Origin: Candidatus Omnitrophota bacterium | GTDB taxonomy: Bacteria > Omnitrophota > Gorgyraeia > Gygaellales > Profunditerraquicolaceae | Direction: 5' to 3' | Length of the DNA stretch: 43,336 bases | Assembly (NCBI GenBank): GCA_017995695.1 | Contig: JAGOIJ010000001.1 | Coordinates: forward strand, 1 to 43,336 | In this document: one piece after another, positions 35,406 to 43,336 of the stretch | Numbering within the stretch: the first letter of the stretch is position 1 | How the letters are laid out: every line of letters begins with the position of its first letter | Notes under the pieces: model-generated | Told to the model about the DNA's origin: nothing | What the model saw: the letters and a program-made list of their open reading frames with translations, nothing else | Database searches by the model: none | Program-made: the position numbers and the translations under genes

Positions 35406-35951
35406 TCAAAGAGCGCTCAACGCTTGCTTTACTATTGTTTCAATGTCAGCGAGGCAGCCAATACCAACAGCGCCGCAAGCAAGCTTACCCTTGCGCGGAT
35501 CAATAAAACCATACCCCAACGCTTTCAGTTTCTTCATATTTTCCTGAACAATTTTATTAGTAAACATCTTATCATTCATCGCAGGAGCAAACAAAACTTT
35601 AGCGCGCGTTGCGCATACAATACAACTCAACATATCATCGCATAACCCTGCGGCAATCTTGGCAATACTATGCGCGGTTGCCGGAGCAATCAAAACCAGA
35701 TTCGCCTTGTCTGCGAGAGCAACATGCTCAACCTCCCACGCATCAGCCTGCTTAAACATATGGGTGTAAACCTTGTTGCCCGAAAGGCTCTCGAAGACAA
35801 CAGGGCTGATTAATTCTTGCGCTTCGTGCGTCATCACTACCGTTACGTTACAATGCACGTCCCTAAGCCTACGCACCAGATCGCAAGCTTTGTATATAGC
35901 GATACTGGCAGTAACGCCCACTATCACTTCTTTACCTTTTATTTTTTCCAT
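35406..35951 (-). CDS. coaC: Phosphopantothenoylcysteine decarboxylase-type flavoprotein (stand-alone CoaC domain)
   Basis: 181 aa with VGVTASIAIYKACDLVRRL, LIAPATAHSIAKIAAGLCDDML and PAMN. No CoaB domain is fused. Confidence 0.8.
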   Translation of the reverse strand: MEKIKGKEVIVGVTASIAIYKACDLVRRLRDVHCNVTVVMTHEAQELISPVVFESLSGNKVYTHMFKQADAWEVEHVALADKANLVLIAPATAHSIAKIAAGLCDDMLSCIVCATRAKVLFAPAMNDKMFTNKIVQENMKKLKALGYGFIDPRKGKLACGAVGIGCLADIETIVKQALSAL

Positions 35952-36133
35952 AACACTTTTCCTTCAGCAATCTCATGGAGCGCGACGGTTGATGGCTTTG
36001 ATGAAGGCGCCATCTGCACCATCTTAGGCTGGCCTTCAGCGATCTCTAATGCCCGGCGAGCAGCCATAATAACAAGTTTGTAAATCGACCCATTGCTTTT
36101 ATCCAGAAGCTTCTCCAAAGCGACATACGGCAT
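35939..36133 (-). CDS. rpoZ: DNA-directed RNA polymerase subunit omega
   Basis: The start is taken at MPYVALEKLLDKSNGSIYKLVIMAARRALEI (the track ORF extends to 36151). It sits in the conserved gmk-rpoZ position. Confidence 0.8.
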   Translation of the reverse strand: MPYVALEKLLDKSNGSIYKLVIMAARRALEIAEGQPKMVQMAPSSKPSTVALHEIAEGKVLWKK

Positions 36134-36151
36134 TACTGCACCTCCACACAA

Positions 36152-36733
36152 TTATGATTTCACCTGCTTAACCACAATAGATTTTAACCGGACAACTGCC
36201 TGCTGTAACGATTTATTTAACACGCAATGATCAAAGGTGTTACACGCCTTCATCTCTTCTTTCGCCAACGCTAAGCGCCGCGCAACTTCTTCCTGCTTAA
36301 TTTTACTGCAGCGCTTCATAATTCTGAGTTTCAGAGTTTGCAAGGTCGGCGGCTTCACAAAAATTGTGACGCTATTGCGCGGATAAAGCTTCTTAATGCG
36401 TTGCGCCCCCTTAAGATCAAGACACAGTAACATATGCTTGCCCTGATTCAGATTTGACTCAACCGATGCCTTTGGCGTAGCGTAATAATACCCAAGGTAA
36501 CGTGTCCATTCAAGTAATTTTTTTTCCTTGCGCAATCGTCTAAATTCATCGGAGCTGATAAACTGATAATCGCGCAAATTTCGCTCTTGAGATCGTCGGG
36601 GCCGCGTGGTCATGGAAACTGATTTCTTAAAAATCTTGCGCATCGCAGGGTCCTGCACCAATCGATCGCGCAATGTTGTTTTTCCTGAACCTGATGGGCC
36701 TGAAATAACGAAGACGAATCCGTTTTTTTTCAC
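36152..36733 (-). CDS. gmk: Guanylate kinase
   Basis: 193 aa with P-loop ISGPSGSGKTT, TTRPRRSQE and EWTRYLGYYYATP. Confidence 0.92.
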   Translation of the reverse strand: MKKNGFVFVISGPSGSGKTTLRDRLVQDPAMRKIFKKSVSMTTRPRRSQERNLRDYQFISSDEFRRLRKEKKLLEWTRYLGYYYATPKASVESNLNQGKHMLLCLDLKGAQRIKKLYPRNSVTIFVKPPTLQTLKLRIMKRCSKIKQEEVARRLALAKEEMKACNTFDHCVLNKSLQQAVVRLKSIVVKQVKS

Positions 36734-37557
36734 TCTACATTCTGCACTTGCTCGCGAATCTTCTCAATCTGACTTTTAATCTGCACGATCTTTGCTGAAA
36801 CCGCCGTATCGAACGTCTTTGCGGCAATGGTATTAGACTCACGCTGCATCTCTTGAGCAATAAAATCTAACTCCTTGCCAATCACGCCGCCTTTGGTAAT
36901 CTTCTGTTTAAAATTTTTAACATGAAATGAAAGCCGTGCAACTTCTTCCGCAATATCCGAATCCTTAATAAAGTTTATTTTCTCATCATCGCTTTTCATA
37001 GCAACAGTTCTCATGGAAACTGCTTTTTTGAAACGCGTTTCAACGGCAGTAGACAAACGCGACAAAAGCGATGCGTGCTTTAATAAATAGCGATACAACG
37101 CACGGCCCTCTTTATGGCGCGTAGCGTCAAGTTGCTCTAACGCTTTATCTACCAACAGGTTAAGCTTTGGCCAAACCCCTGCTTTATCTAAACCGTGTTC
37201 GGCTAAAGCAATTACTCCCGGCAATTGTAACAAGGTATCCAGGCTAATATCGCCAACAAGCTTATATTCCTGCTTAATGTTTTTAAGCGATTGCATATAT
37301 TGCTTCAAAAGATTTTTGTTAATAAACACGCGAGGCGCATCTTCCCCATTAATATTAATAACGCAGGTGATTCTGCCGCGTTTAATACGCGCTTCAATCG
37401 CTTTCTTAATACGCTCTTCAAGGGAAATAAACCCGGGCGGAAGGTGGAATACCACATCCAAAAATTTATGATTGGCGCTACGCAACTCAACGGACACCTT
37501 GCCAACGCCATCAATCATCTGTTCCTTCATCCCGAAACCTGTCATGCTTGTCAACAT
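36730..37557 (-). CDS. yicC: YicC-family (TIGR00255) protein
   Basis: The start is taken at MLTSMTGFG (37557), 1 nt after the ndk stop. The track ORF's 49-aa N-terminal extension would overlap ndk. The C-terminus has GKELDFIAQEMQRESNTI. Confidence 0.85.
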   Translation of the reverse strand: MLTSMTGFGMKEQMIDGVGKVSVELRSANHKFLDVVFHLPPGFISLEERIKKAIEARIKRGRITCVININGEDAPRVFINKNLLKQYMQSLKNIKQEYKLVGDISLDTLLQLPGVIALAEHGLDKAGVWPKLNLLVDKALEQLDATRHKEGRALYRYLLKHASLLSRLSTAVETRFKKAVSMRTVAMKSDDEKINFIKDSDIAEEVARLSFHVKNFKQKITKGGVIGKELDFIAQEMQRESNTIAAKTFDTAVSAKIVQIKSQIEKIREQVQNVE

Positions 37558-37558
37558 C

Positions 37559-38065
37559 TTATGCCCACACCTTAACTTTCTTTTCGCGCTCAATAATTTC
37601 TTTTGTCTGGTACAAATTAACAATGATCTCATCCGGCGAGAACCAAAGCTTAATTTCCCGCTCAGCCTCAACATCGCTTGAAGAAACATGAATGACGTTT
37701 TCATACACGCCCGACGTCGTTATGCGGCCATAAGATCCGCGAATGGACGTTGGGTCCGCCTCTTCAGGATTTGTTGACCCAGCAAGCTCTCTGCATTTAG
37801 TTAAAGCATCAATTCCCCAATACACTAACGCCATAACTTTTCTGCGATCATGAAACTCACCGAGAATATATTTCATAAGGTCCTCAAAAAAAGGCTTATC
37901 CTTTAAATGTTTATAATGCTCTTCGGCAAGCTTTCGCGAAACACGCACCATGCGCGCACCGACAATTTCAAGCTTTGTCTCTGACAGGCGCGTAAGTATG
38001 TTGCCGGTCAATGACTTCTTCAATCCATCTGGTTTAACGAGAATAAGCGTCGCCTGGTTCATCAA
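37559..38065 (-). CDS. ndk: Nucleoside-diphosphate kinase-like protein (variant active-site context)
   Basis: 168 aa with TLILVKPDG, AEEHYKHLKDKPFF, TNPEEADPTSIRG and NVIHVSSS (canonically N-x-x-H-G-S-D-S), plus a ~20-aa C-terminal tail. Confidence 0.75.
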   Translation of the reverse strand: MMNQATLILVKPDGLKKSLTGNILTRLSETKLEIVGARMVRVSRKLAEEHYKHLKDKPFFEDLMKYILGEFHDRRKVMALVYWGIDALTKCRELAGSTNPEEADPTSIRGSYGRITTSGVYENVIHVSSSDVEAEREIKLWFSPDEIIVNLYQTKEIIEREKKVKVWA

Positions 38066-38913
38066 TTAGTTCCTCCCTTAATAACGCTAACAATGCGTGT
38101 TAAATCTTCCGTTGAATAAAATTCAATGGTGATGCTTCCTCTCTTTTTATTTTTAGCAATACGCACCTTTGTTGCTAAGCGATGCTGCAGCTCTTCCTCT
38201 AATACAGCAACAAACGGTTCGCGCTGCCCAGGCTGCGCTCTGCGCTTTACCATCTTTGGCCGATGCATCTTAATAATGGTTTCCAGCTCCCGCACTGAAA
38301 GACCTTTAGTAATAATTTCTTGATTTAAACGACGCTGCTCATTTTCATTTTCAACCTCAAGAAGCGCGCGGCCATGGGCAAACGATATTTTCTTTCTTCG
38401 TATATCATCCTGGATTTCTTGAGGTAACGTCAATAATCGCAAGGTGTTAGTAACCGAAACTCTTGACTTTCCCAGAATCTCCCCAATGCGATCTTGTGTA
38501 ATACTAAATTTTTCAATTAAAAATTTAAAAGCACGCGCTTCTTCAATAGGGTTCAGGCTTTCTCTCTGCACGTTTTCTATCAAAGCTAGCTCAAGGGAAT
38601 CCTCATCGCTTGCTTCGCGCACAATAATGGGAATTTCCTTCAACCCCAGCATTTTGGCTGCGCGTAAACGTCTCTCACCAGCAATAAGCTCATAATCATC
38701 ACCAACGCGCCTCACAATAATTGGCTGAATCACTCCCTTTGCCCGGATTGACTGAGTTAAGTCTTCTAGCCCTTCCATGTCAAAATCTTCTCTTGGTTGG
38801 TAGGGATTTGGCTTGATTAGGTCAGTTTGGACATTTATAACGTTGTTTTTCGCCTCAAAATCCTTTTCAGGAATCAGAGCGCTAATACCTCTACCTAGTG
38901 CTTTTCTCTCCAT
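38062..38913 (-). CDS. parB: Chromosome partitioning protein ParB/Spo0J
   Basis: 283 aa with NPYQPREDF, GVIQPIIVR and LIAGERRLRAAK (the arginine patch), plus a helix-turn-helix region. Confidence 0.93.
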   Translation of the reverse strand: MERKALGRGISALIPEKDFEAKNNVINVQTDLIKPNPYQPREDFDMEGLEDLTQSIRAKGVIQPIIVRRVGDDYELIAGERRLRAAKMLGLKEIPIIVREASDEDSLELALIENVQRESLNPIEEARAFKFLIEKFSITQDRIGEILGKSRVSVTNTLRLLTLPQEIQDDIRRKKISFAHGRALLEVENENEQRRLNQEIITKGLSVRELETIIKMHRPKMVKRRAQPGQREPFVAVLEEELQHRLATKVRIAKNKKRGSITIEFYSTEDLTRIVSVIKGGTN

Positions 38914-39707
38914 TAGACCACTCCTTCTGTAATATTCTCTGCCTTAAAAGGAATCCCTAACAATTCTTTGCTTAGCTCTTCATATTTTTTTGCGCCTATA
39001 GAATCTTTATCATATAGTGCAATGGGCTTGCCATAACTTGGCGCTTCAGAAAGTCTAATGCTGCGCGGTATCACAGTACCATACACCTTCCCGTGAAAAT
39101 GATTACGCGCTTCAGCAATAACTTCTTTCGTAAGGTTGGTTCGAAAATCAGCCATGGTAAGCAATACGCCTTCGATGGCGAGTTCCGGGTTAAGGTTATC
39201 TTTTACAAGTTTAATAGTATTAGATAGTTGCGACAGCCCTTCCAACGCATAATACTCACACTGCACCGGAATAATAAGCCCGTCTGCCGCACACAAACCA
39301 TTAATGGTCAGCAACCCTAGCGAAGGTGGGCAATCTATAATGATAAAATCAAACTCTTCCTTGATCCCAATGAGCGCTCTTTTTAGACGATACTCTCTAC
39401 CTAAAACACTCACTAATTCAATTTCCGCTCCTGTTAAATCAAGGTTTGACGGAGCGACATGCAAGGTTGGTATTGCTGTGGGCTGTAATATCTCTTTGAT
39501 TGGCAGCTCTTCAAGGAGAACATGGTACGTGCTTTTTTGTATGGTATGCTTATTTAATCCTACCCCGCTTGTAGCATTGGCTTGGGGATCAAGGTCAATC
39601 AGCATAACGTTCTTTTGTGCCAGAGCCAAATATGATGCGAGATTGATTGCTGAAGTAGTTTTACCTGTGCCACCCTTTTGGTTACAGATTGCTATTATCT
39701 TACCCAT
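38913..39707 (-). CDS. parA: Chromosome partitioning ATPase ParA/Soj
   Basis: 264 aa with the deviant Walker A motif NQKGGTGKTT and DCPPSLG. Confidence 0.93.
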   Translation of the reverse strand: MGKIIAICNQKGGTGKTTSAINLASYLALAQKNVMLIDLDPQANATSGVGLNKHTIQKSTYHVLLEELPIKEILQPTAIPTLHVAPSNLDLTGAEIELVSVLGREYRLKRALIGIKEEFDFIIIDCPPSLGLLTINGLCAADGLIIPVQCEYYALEGLSQLSNTIKLVKDNLNPELAIEGVLLTMADFRTNLTKEVIAEARNHFHGKVYGTVIPRSIRLSEAPSYGKPIALYDKDSIGAKKYEELSKELLGIPFKAENITEGVV

Positions 39708-39729
39708 TGTTTATCATATAGTTACGGAA

Positions 39730-39745
39730 TGTTCCACGCGGAACA
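39730..39745. promoter_or_regulatory. parS-like near-palindrome
   Basis: TGTTCCACGCGGAACA compared with the Firmicute/proteobacterial consensus TGTTNCACGTGAAACA: 14 of 16 positions match. It lies 23 nt upstream of the parA start codon. Confidence 0.45.
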
Positions 39746-39777
39746 TTGGGAACTATGCCTTACCCTGCTCATCCGAA

Positions 39778-39972
39778 CTATGCTTTAGGCTCAACAGCCG
39801 TCACTCTGACCTTAGCAAAACGAGCTCCTGGCATACCAAAAAGCCCTTTTTCTTCCTCAACCAAAACTTCAATTTTGGCATTTGCTCGTTTTACTTTTAA
39901 GGCCCTCAAAGCCTTCTTAACTGCCTCTTCAGTAGTCTTGCCCTCAACCTCAATACTTGATTTTTGTTTCAT
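39778..39972 (-). CDS. Jag/KhpB N-terminal-domain-only protein
   Basis: 64 aa (IEVEGKTTEEAVKKALRALKV...IEVLVEEEKGLFG) in the jag position just after yidC. There is no KH or R3H region before the stop. Confidence 0.6.
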   Translation of the reverse strand: MKQKSSIEVEGKTTEEAVKKALRALKVKRANAKIEVLVEEEKGLFGMPGARFAKVRVTAVEPKA

Positions 39973-41513
39973 TTTGCCCTAGCAATCCTTATTTGATTAA
40001 TTAAGGTAAGCGTGCTGTTCACAAACCAATACATCACTAAACCTGAAGGCATGCGGTAGAATATCACGCCAAAAATAAGCGGAAACATTATGAGCATGAT
40101 CTTTTGTTGCTGCGCAGCTTCCTTGCTAGCTGCGCTTGCTGCCATTGATGTTTTTTGCTGAACAAACATTCCAATGGCCATCAAGATTGGCAAAATATTA
40201 ACTTCGTTACCAAGAAACGGTATGTTAAAATTTCCCTTGAATACAAATAACCGATCCGGCAATGAAAGATCTTTAATCCAAAGAAAATTCGCACCCTTTA
40301 ATGCAACTGAACGCATCATGACTTGGTATAAGGCAAAGAATACTGGAATCTGCAAAACCATAGGCAAGCATCCGCCTAAAGGATTAATCTTATGCTCTTT
40401 GTAAAGCTCCATAATCTCTTTATTCTGTTTTTGCGGATTATCTTTATAAAGTTTACGCACTTCTTCAACTTTTGGTTGAAGCAGTTGCATCGACTTCATT
40501 GATTTCATCTGCTGAATACTCAATGGCAACATAATCACATAAATAATAAAACTAAATAGAATAATTGCTAAACCCCAATTATGCACAAGTGAATATAGCC
40601 AATGCAGGATTTGAATTAAAAGGTGGGCAATAACATTTAAAACGCCATAATGCATCACCACAGTCCATTGCGGATTAACTCGATTAATAACTTGTAAGTC
40701 TTGCGGTCCCAAATAGATACGGAATGAGTAATTTTTAACTTCTCCGGGCGCAAACATAATTTCCTTGACTTCCAAACCAACGCGCGATCGGTTATTGTCA
40801 ATTTTTTTGATCATACCAATCACGCCATCTTCCTTAGTTTCAACAATAGCGCAAAAATAACGATCGCGTAAACTTGCAAAACGAACATCATCAAGCGCTA
40901 TATCTTTACGGACGTTTGGATACACCGCTCTCTCTGAAGCAAAGAATGACGCGCTTTTAAACTGGGCTTCGCTCTGATCGCCGCTGAAATCTAAATCTCC
41001 TACTGTTAAAGCAAGTCGTTCTTGTAAACTAATTCCTGCAACATTCTTTATGCTAACTTCGAAATCAAGAACATACTTGCCACTATCCACTTTGAACGTC
41101 TTAATAATCTCAAATCTTTCATTGCGAGAGCGAAATTCGATCTTATTATTGTCCAAACTGCCAATCTGCTTAAAACCGTTAGGAACGGAAGCAATCAAGA
41201 ATCCATCTCCAAGCAAAAGTACGTGGTCTTGGTATTGATTAAATGTTGCTTGAGTAATTGTTGCGCTATCTGTATTAAATGTTAAATCAATATTTTCGGT
41301 TGAGATCGTTGTCAGCGCCAGAGGATTAGCTTTAATGGGTTGAGTTACGACAGGAGGGGAAACTACGCTAGATATACTTGTGTCAGGAATATTTTCAGCA
41401 ATATTTTCTGTAACTCCTTTATTTTCAACGTGATAAAATTTAGAAACCAGCGCAGACCAGCCAATAAGTACAAATAAAGACAATACCATTGCCAACAAAA
41501 ATCGTTTATTCAT
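39969..41513 (-). CDS. yidC: Membrane protein insertase YidC
   Basis: 514 aa with an N-terminal TM segment, a periplasmic beta-rich domain and a C-terminal 5-TM core (NWGLAIILFSFII, KINPLGGCLPMVLQIPVFFALY). Confidence 0.93.
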   Translation of the reverse strand: MNKRFLLAMVLSLFVLIGWSALVSKFYHVENKGVTENIAENIPDTSISSVVSPPVVTQPIKANPLALTTISTENIDLTFNTDSATITQATFNQYQDHVLLLGDGFLIASVPNGFKQIGSLDNNKIEFRSRNERFEIIKTFKVDSGKYVLDFEVSIKNVAGISLQERLALTVGDLDFSGDQSEAQFKSASFFASERAVYPNVRKDIALDDVRFASLRDRYFCAIVETKEDGVIGMIKKIDNNRSRVGLEVKEIMFAPGEVKNYSFRIYLGPQDLQVINRVNPQWTVVMHYGVLNVIAHLLIQILHWLYSLVHNWGLAIILFSFIIYVIMLPLSIQQMKSMKSMQLLQPKVEEVRKLYKDNPQKQNKEIMELYKEHKINPLGGCLPMVLQIPVFFALYQVMMRSVALKGANFLWIKDLSLPDRLFVFKGNFNIPFLGNEVNILPILMAIGMFVQQKTSMAASAASKEAAQQQKIMLIMFPLIFGVIFYRMPSGLVMYWFVNSTLTLINQIRIARAK

Positions 41514-41537
41514 AGGTTTTAAGTTAAAATAGTAGTT

Positions 41538-41753
41538 TTACGTTAAAGGGTCGTAACCGGATACATGGGAAAAAGGATGGCAACGCGACAATCGCATCAA
41601 CCCTTTACCCAGACCCTTTCTTAATCCGTATTTTAAGATCGCCTGTTTTGTAAATTCAGAACAGCTTGGCGAAAAACGGCAGGAAGAGGGAAGCCATGTC
41701 CTCAAGCAATGCTGATACACACTTATACAACAAAGTGCAACTCGCTTAAGCAT
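41538..41753 (-). CDS. yidD: Membrane protein insertion efficiency factor YidD
   Basis: The start is taken at MLKRVALCC, whose ATG shares 1 nt with the rpmH TGA. It has the motif CRFSPSCSEFTKQAILKYG. Confidence 0.88.
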   Translation of the reverse strand: MLKRVALCCISVYQHCLRTWLPSSCRFSPSCSEFTKQAILKYGLRKGLGKGLMRLSRCHPFSHVSGYDPLT

Positions 41754-41890
41754 CAAGAACAAAGTCTTTTTCTTCCTTTGCGGCGCCGTCGCGCAATAAC
41801 TTGGCGGCCTGCTTTAGAGGCCATCTTCCGTCGGAAACCATGTTTGCGCTTTCCTACAATCCGTGTAGGCGTTTTTAAATTTTTCTTCAT
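41753..41890 (-). CDS. rpmH: 50S ribosomal protein L34 (45 aa, below the ORF-track cut-off)
   Basis: Hand translation gives [45 protein letters not shown]. Confidence 0.92.
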   Translation of the reverse strand: MKKNLKTPTRIVGKRKHGFRRKMASKAGRQVIARRRRKGRKRLCS

Positions 41891-41922
41891 CGTTATATGC
41901 CTTTATAGTAGAATGGGTGTTA

Positions 41923-41950
41923 ATTATAACATAAAGTTATCGCTCGTCAA
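41923..41950 (-). promoter_or_regulatory. rpmH promoter (TTGACG-N16-TATAAT)
   Basis: The minus strand reads TTGACGAGCGATAACTTTATGTTATAAT. The -10 box ends 32 nt before the rpmH ATG. Confidence 0.6.
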
Positions 41951-42020
41951 CAAAATTTATAAAAAATTGTAGCATACTGAAGCATGGGGGTCAAGAGAAA
42001 TTAACCGTTTCTTTTTTTTG

Positions 42021-42048
42021 TTGACGATTAACAAAATTCGTATATAAT
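42021..42048 (+). promoter_or_regulatory. dnaA upstream promoter P1 (TTGACG-N16-TATAAT)
   Basis: ttgacgattaacaaaattcgtatataat. Confidence 0.55.
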
Positions 42049-42110
42049 GGTTTCCTGTTTGCGCCGAAGGTGCATAAGCTGTTTATAGAATTGGGTTGTT
42101 AATTTTTTAC

Positions 42111-42138
42111 TTGCATGTAGTTTGAACTCTGTTATAAT
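42111..42138 (+). promoter_or_regulatory. dnaA upstream promoter P2 (TTGCAT-N16-TATAAT)
   Basis: ttgcatgtagtttgaactctgttataat. The -10 box ends 55 nt upstream of the dnaA GTG. Confidence 0.55.
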
Positions 42139-42193
42139 GGATTTGTTTTTAGGAAAAAGTTTTCCACAGATTTATACAAGGTGTTGATAAGCT

Positions 42194-43336
42194 GTGAATA
42201 GAGTTAATTCAGACCAAGCTACCCAGGTTTGGGCAAAGGCCCAAAACCTGCTTAAAGATAAATTAGGGGCTACTGTATTTGAAACCTGGATACAGCCCTT
42301 GCAATTGCGCCTTAAAGATGAAGCTATTTTGCTCTTAGAGGCGCCGGATGCCTTTTTCCGGGATTGGCTGGATAAGCATTATCGAACTTCTATCGAAGAA
42401 GCAATCTTTGATGCCGCCCAAGAAAAACTACCGGTTGACCTTTGCGTTAGCGCTCTTGCCCCGAGCAAAGCTTCGCCAATCCAACGCCACATCCCGCCAA
42501 CGACTATTCAACACGATCCCAGCAACCTTAATCCGCGCTACACGTTTGAGAACTTCGTAATCGGGTCTTCCAACAGGCATGCGCACGCGTATTCTGTGGC
42601 TGTGGCAGAATCGCCGGCAAAGGCATACAATCCTTTATTTATCTATGGGGGAGTGGGCCTGGGGAAGACACATCTTATGCAGGCTGTCTGCCACCAAATC
42701 AAGCGCAACAATCCGGCGAATCTTAAGATTTGCTATATTTCTTCCGAGCGCTTCACCAATGAGCTTATCGATGCCATCCAGCATCACTCAACACCAACCT
42801 TTAGACAGAAGTATCGCACGATGGATGTGTTGGTTATTGATGATATACACTTTATTGCGGGCAAGGAATCTACGCAGGAAGAGTTTTTCCATACGTTTAA
42901 CGCCCTCCATGATGCGCACAAACAAATCATTATTTCTTCTGACCGACCCCCTAAAGAAATCGCAAATCTTCAAGAGCGGCTAGTTTCGCGATTCAGCTGG
43001 GGACTAACAACCGATATTCAACCGCCTGACCTTGAGACAAGGGTGGCAATCTTAAAGAAGAAAATTGAGCGAGAACCCGTCGCAGTTCCCGACGATGTTA
43101 TTTTTTTTATTGCCAACCTTATCAAAACCAACATCCGCGAATTAGAAGGAGCGCTTATCCGCACGATCGCATATTCGCTATTAGAGGAAAAACCTATTAC
43201 CCTTGATTTAGCCAAGGAGGTGTTACGCGATCTTTTAAAAGAACCGAAAAAATTAATTACCGTTGATTTTATTCAACGTTGCATCGCAGAAGAGTTTGGC
43301 ATATCTCTGGCTGACCTTAAGACAAAACGTAGAAAT
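42194..43336 (+). CDS. dnaA: Chromosomal replication initiator protein DnaA (3' end beyond the window)
   Basis: This frame is open from the stop at 42188-42190 to the window edge (381 codons), and GTG at 42194 is the first possible start. It has Walker A GGVGLGKTHLMQA, Walker B VLVIDDIHF, sensor SDRPPKEI and IRELEGAL. It is absent from the ORF track because it has no stop in the window. Confidence 0.93.
   Translation, partial: MNRVNSDQATQVWAKAQNLLKDKLGATVFETWIQPLQLRLKDEAILLLEAPDAFFRDWLDKHYRTSIEEAIFDAAQEKLPVDLCVSALAPSKASPIQRHIPPTTIQHDPSNLNPRYTFENFVIGSSNRHAHAYSVAVAESPAKAYNPLFIYGGVGLGKTHLMQAVCHQIKRNNPANLKICYISSERFTNELIDAIQHHSTPTFRQKYRTMDVLVIDDIHFIAGKESTQEEFFHTFNALHDAHKQIIISSDRPPKEIANLQERLVSRFSWGLTTDIQPPDLETRVAILKKKIEREPVAVPDDVIFFIANLIKTNIRELEGALIRTIAYSLLEEKPITLDLAKEVLRDLLKEPKKLITVDFIQRCIAEEFGISLADLKTKRRN

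Noticed and set aside
42160-42201. Calling the rpmH-dnaA spacer the replication origin on the basis of DnaA boxes.
   Set aside because: Only two 8/9 matches to TTATCCACA (TTTTCCACA and TGTTGATAA) and a few weaker ones are visible, all clustered at the dnaA start. That is too few for a confident oriC call. The origin may be downstream of dnaA, outside the window.
42348-42983. Plus-strand track ORFs 42348..42560 and 42579..42983, the only plus-strand ORFs the track lists in the dnaA region.
   Set aside because: They are out of frame with the 381-codon open DnaA frame that starts at 42194, which has clear Walker A/B and sensor motifs. They are shadows of that gene.

Overview
This is a 43.3-kb chromosomal segment next to dnaA from a bacterium that uses the standard genetic code (TGA acts as a stop in several ATGA/GTGA start-stop overlaps). 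I call 49 CDS and 6 tRNA genes. Every gene is on the minus strand except dnaA, which starts at a GTG at 42194, runs off the right edge, and is missing from the supplied ORF track. I treat all other plus-strand ORFs in the track as antisense or out-of-frame shadows. Left to right, the content is: tRNA-Asp and tRNA-Val; a 7-gene V-type ATPase operon (E, DUF2764, A, B, D, I, K) whose K subunit carries a Na+-binding signature; a pyrimidine gene set spread over about 14 kb and broken up by unrelated genes (pyrF, pyrD ... pyrK ... the C-terminal half of carB ... pyrC, pyrB, pyrR); rarA; pheT and pheS; a trk potassium-uptake module; rplT, rpmI, infC and thrS; an orphan CpaF-like ATPase; a tRNA island (Val, Leu, Cys); coaC, rpoZ, gmk, yicC, ndk; and parB, parA, a Jag_N-only gene, yidC, yidD and rpmH, diverging from dnaA. 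This is mostly core genome. I see no defence island, mobile element or CRISPR array. The non-obvious signals are in the non-coding DNA. They are: (1) a family of about 125-nt intergenic repeats with helices kept by compensatory changes, in 4 copies, (2) a ~150-nt multi-helix RNA domain with its own near-consensus promoter between pheT and rarA, (3) a complete PyrR-type attenuator about 265 nt upstream of pyrR, (4) identical 46-nt repeats and AT-only hairpins abutting tRNA 3' ends, (5) a 42-codon membrane micro-ORF overlapping both trkA and trkH, and (6) a parS-like palindrome. Several housekeeping proteins are domain-reduced or split (half carB, PheT without the B2 domain, ThrRS without TGS, Jag_N only, no rnpA at the rpmH locus), which suggests a streamlined genome. 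All functional calls come from reading the translated ORFs and the sequence by eye. No database search was run.
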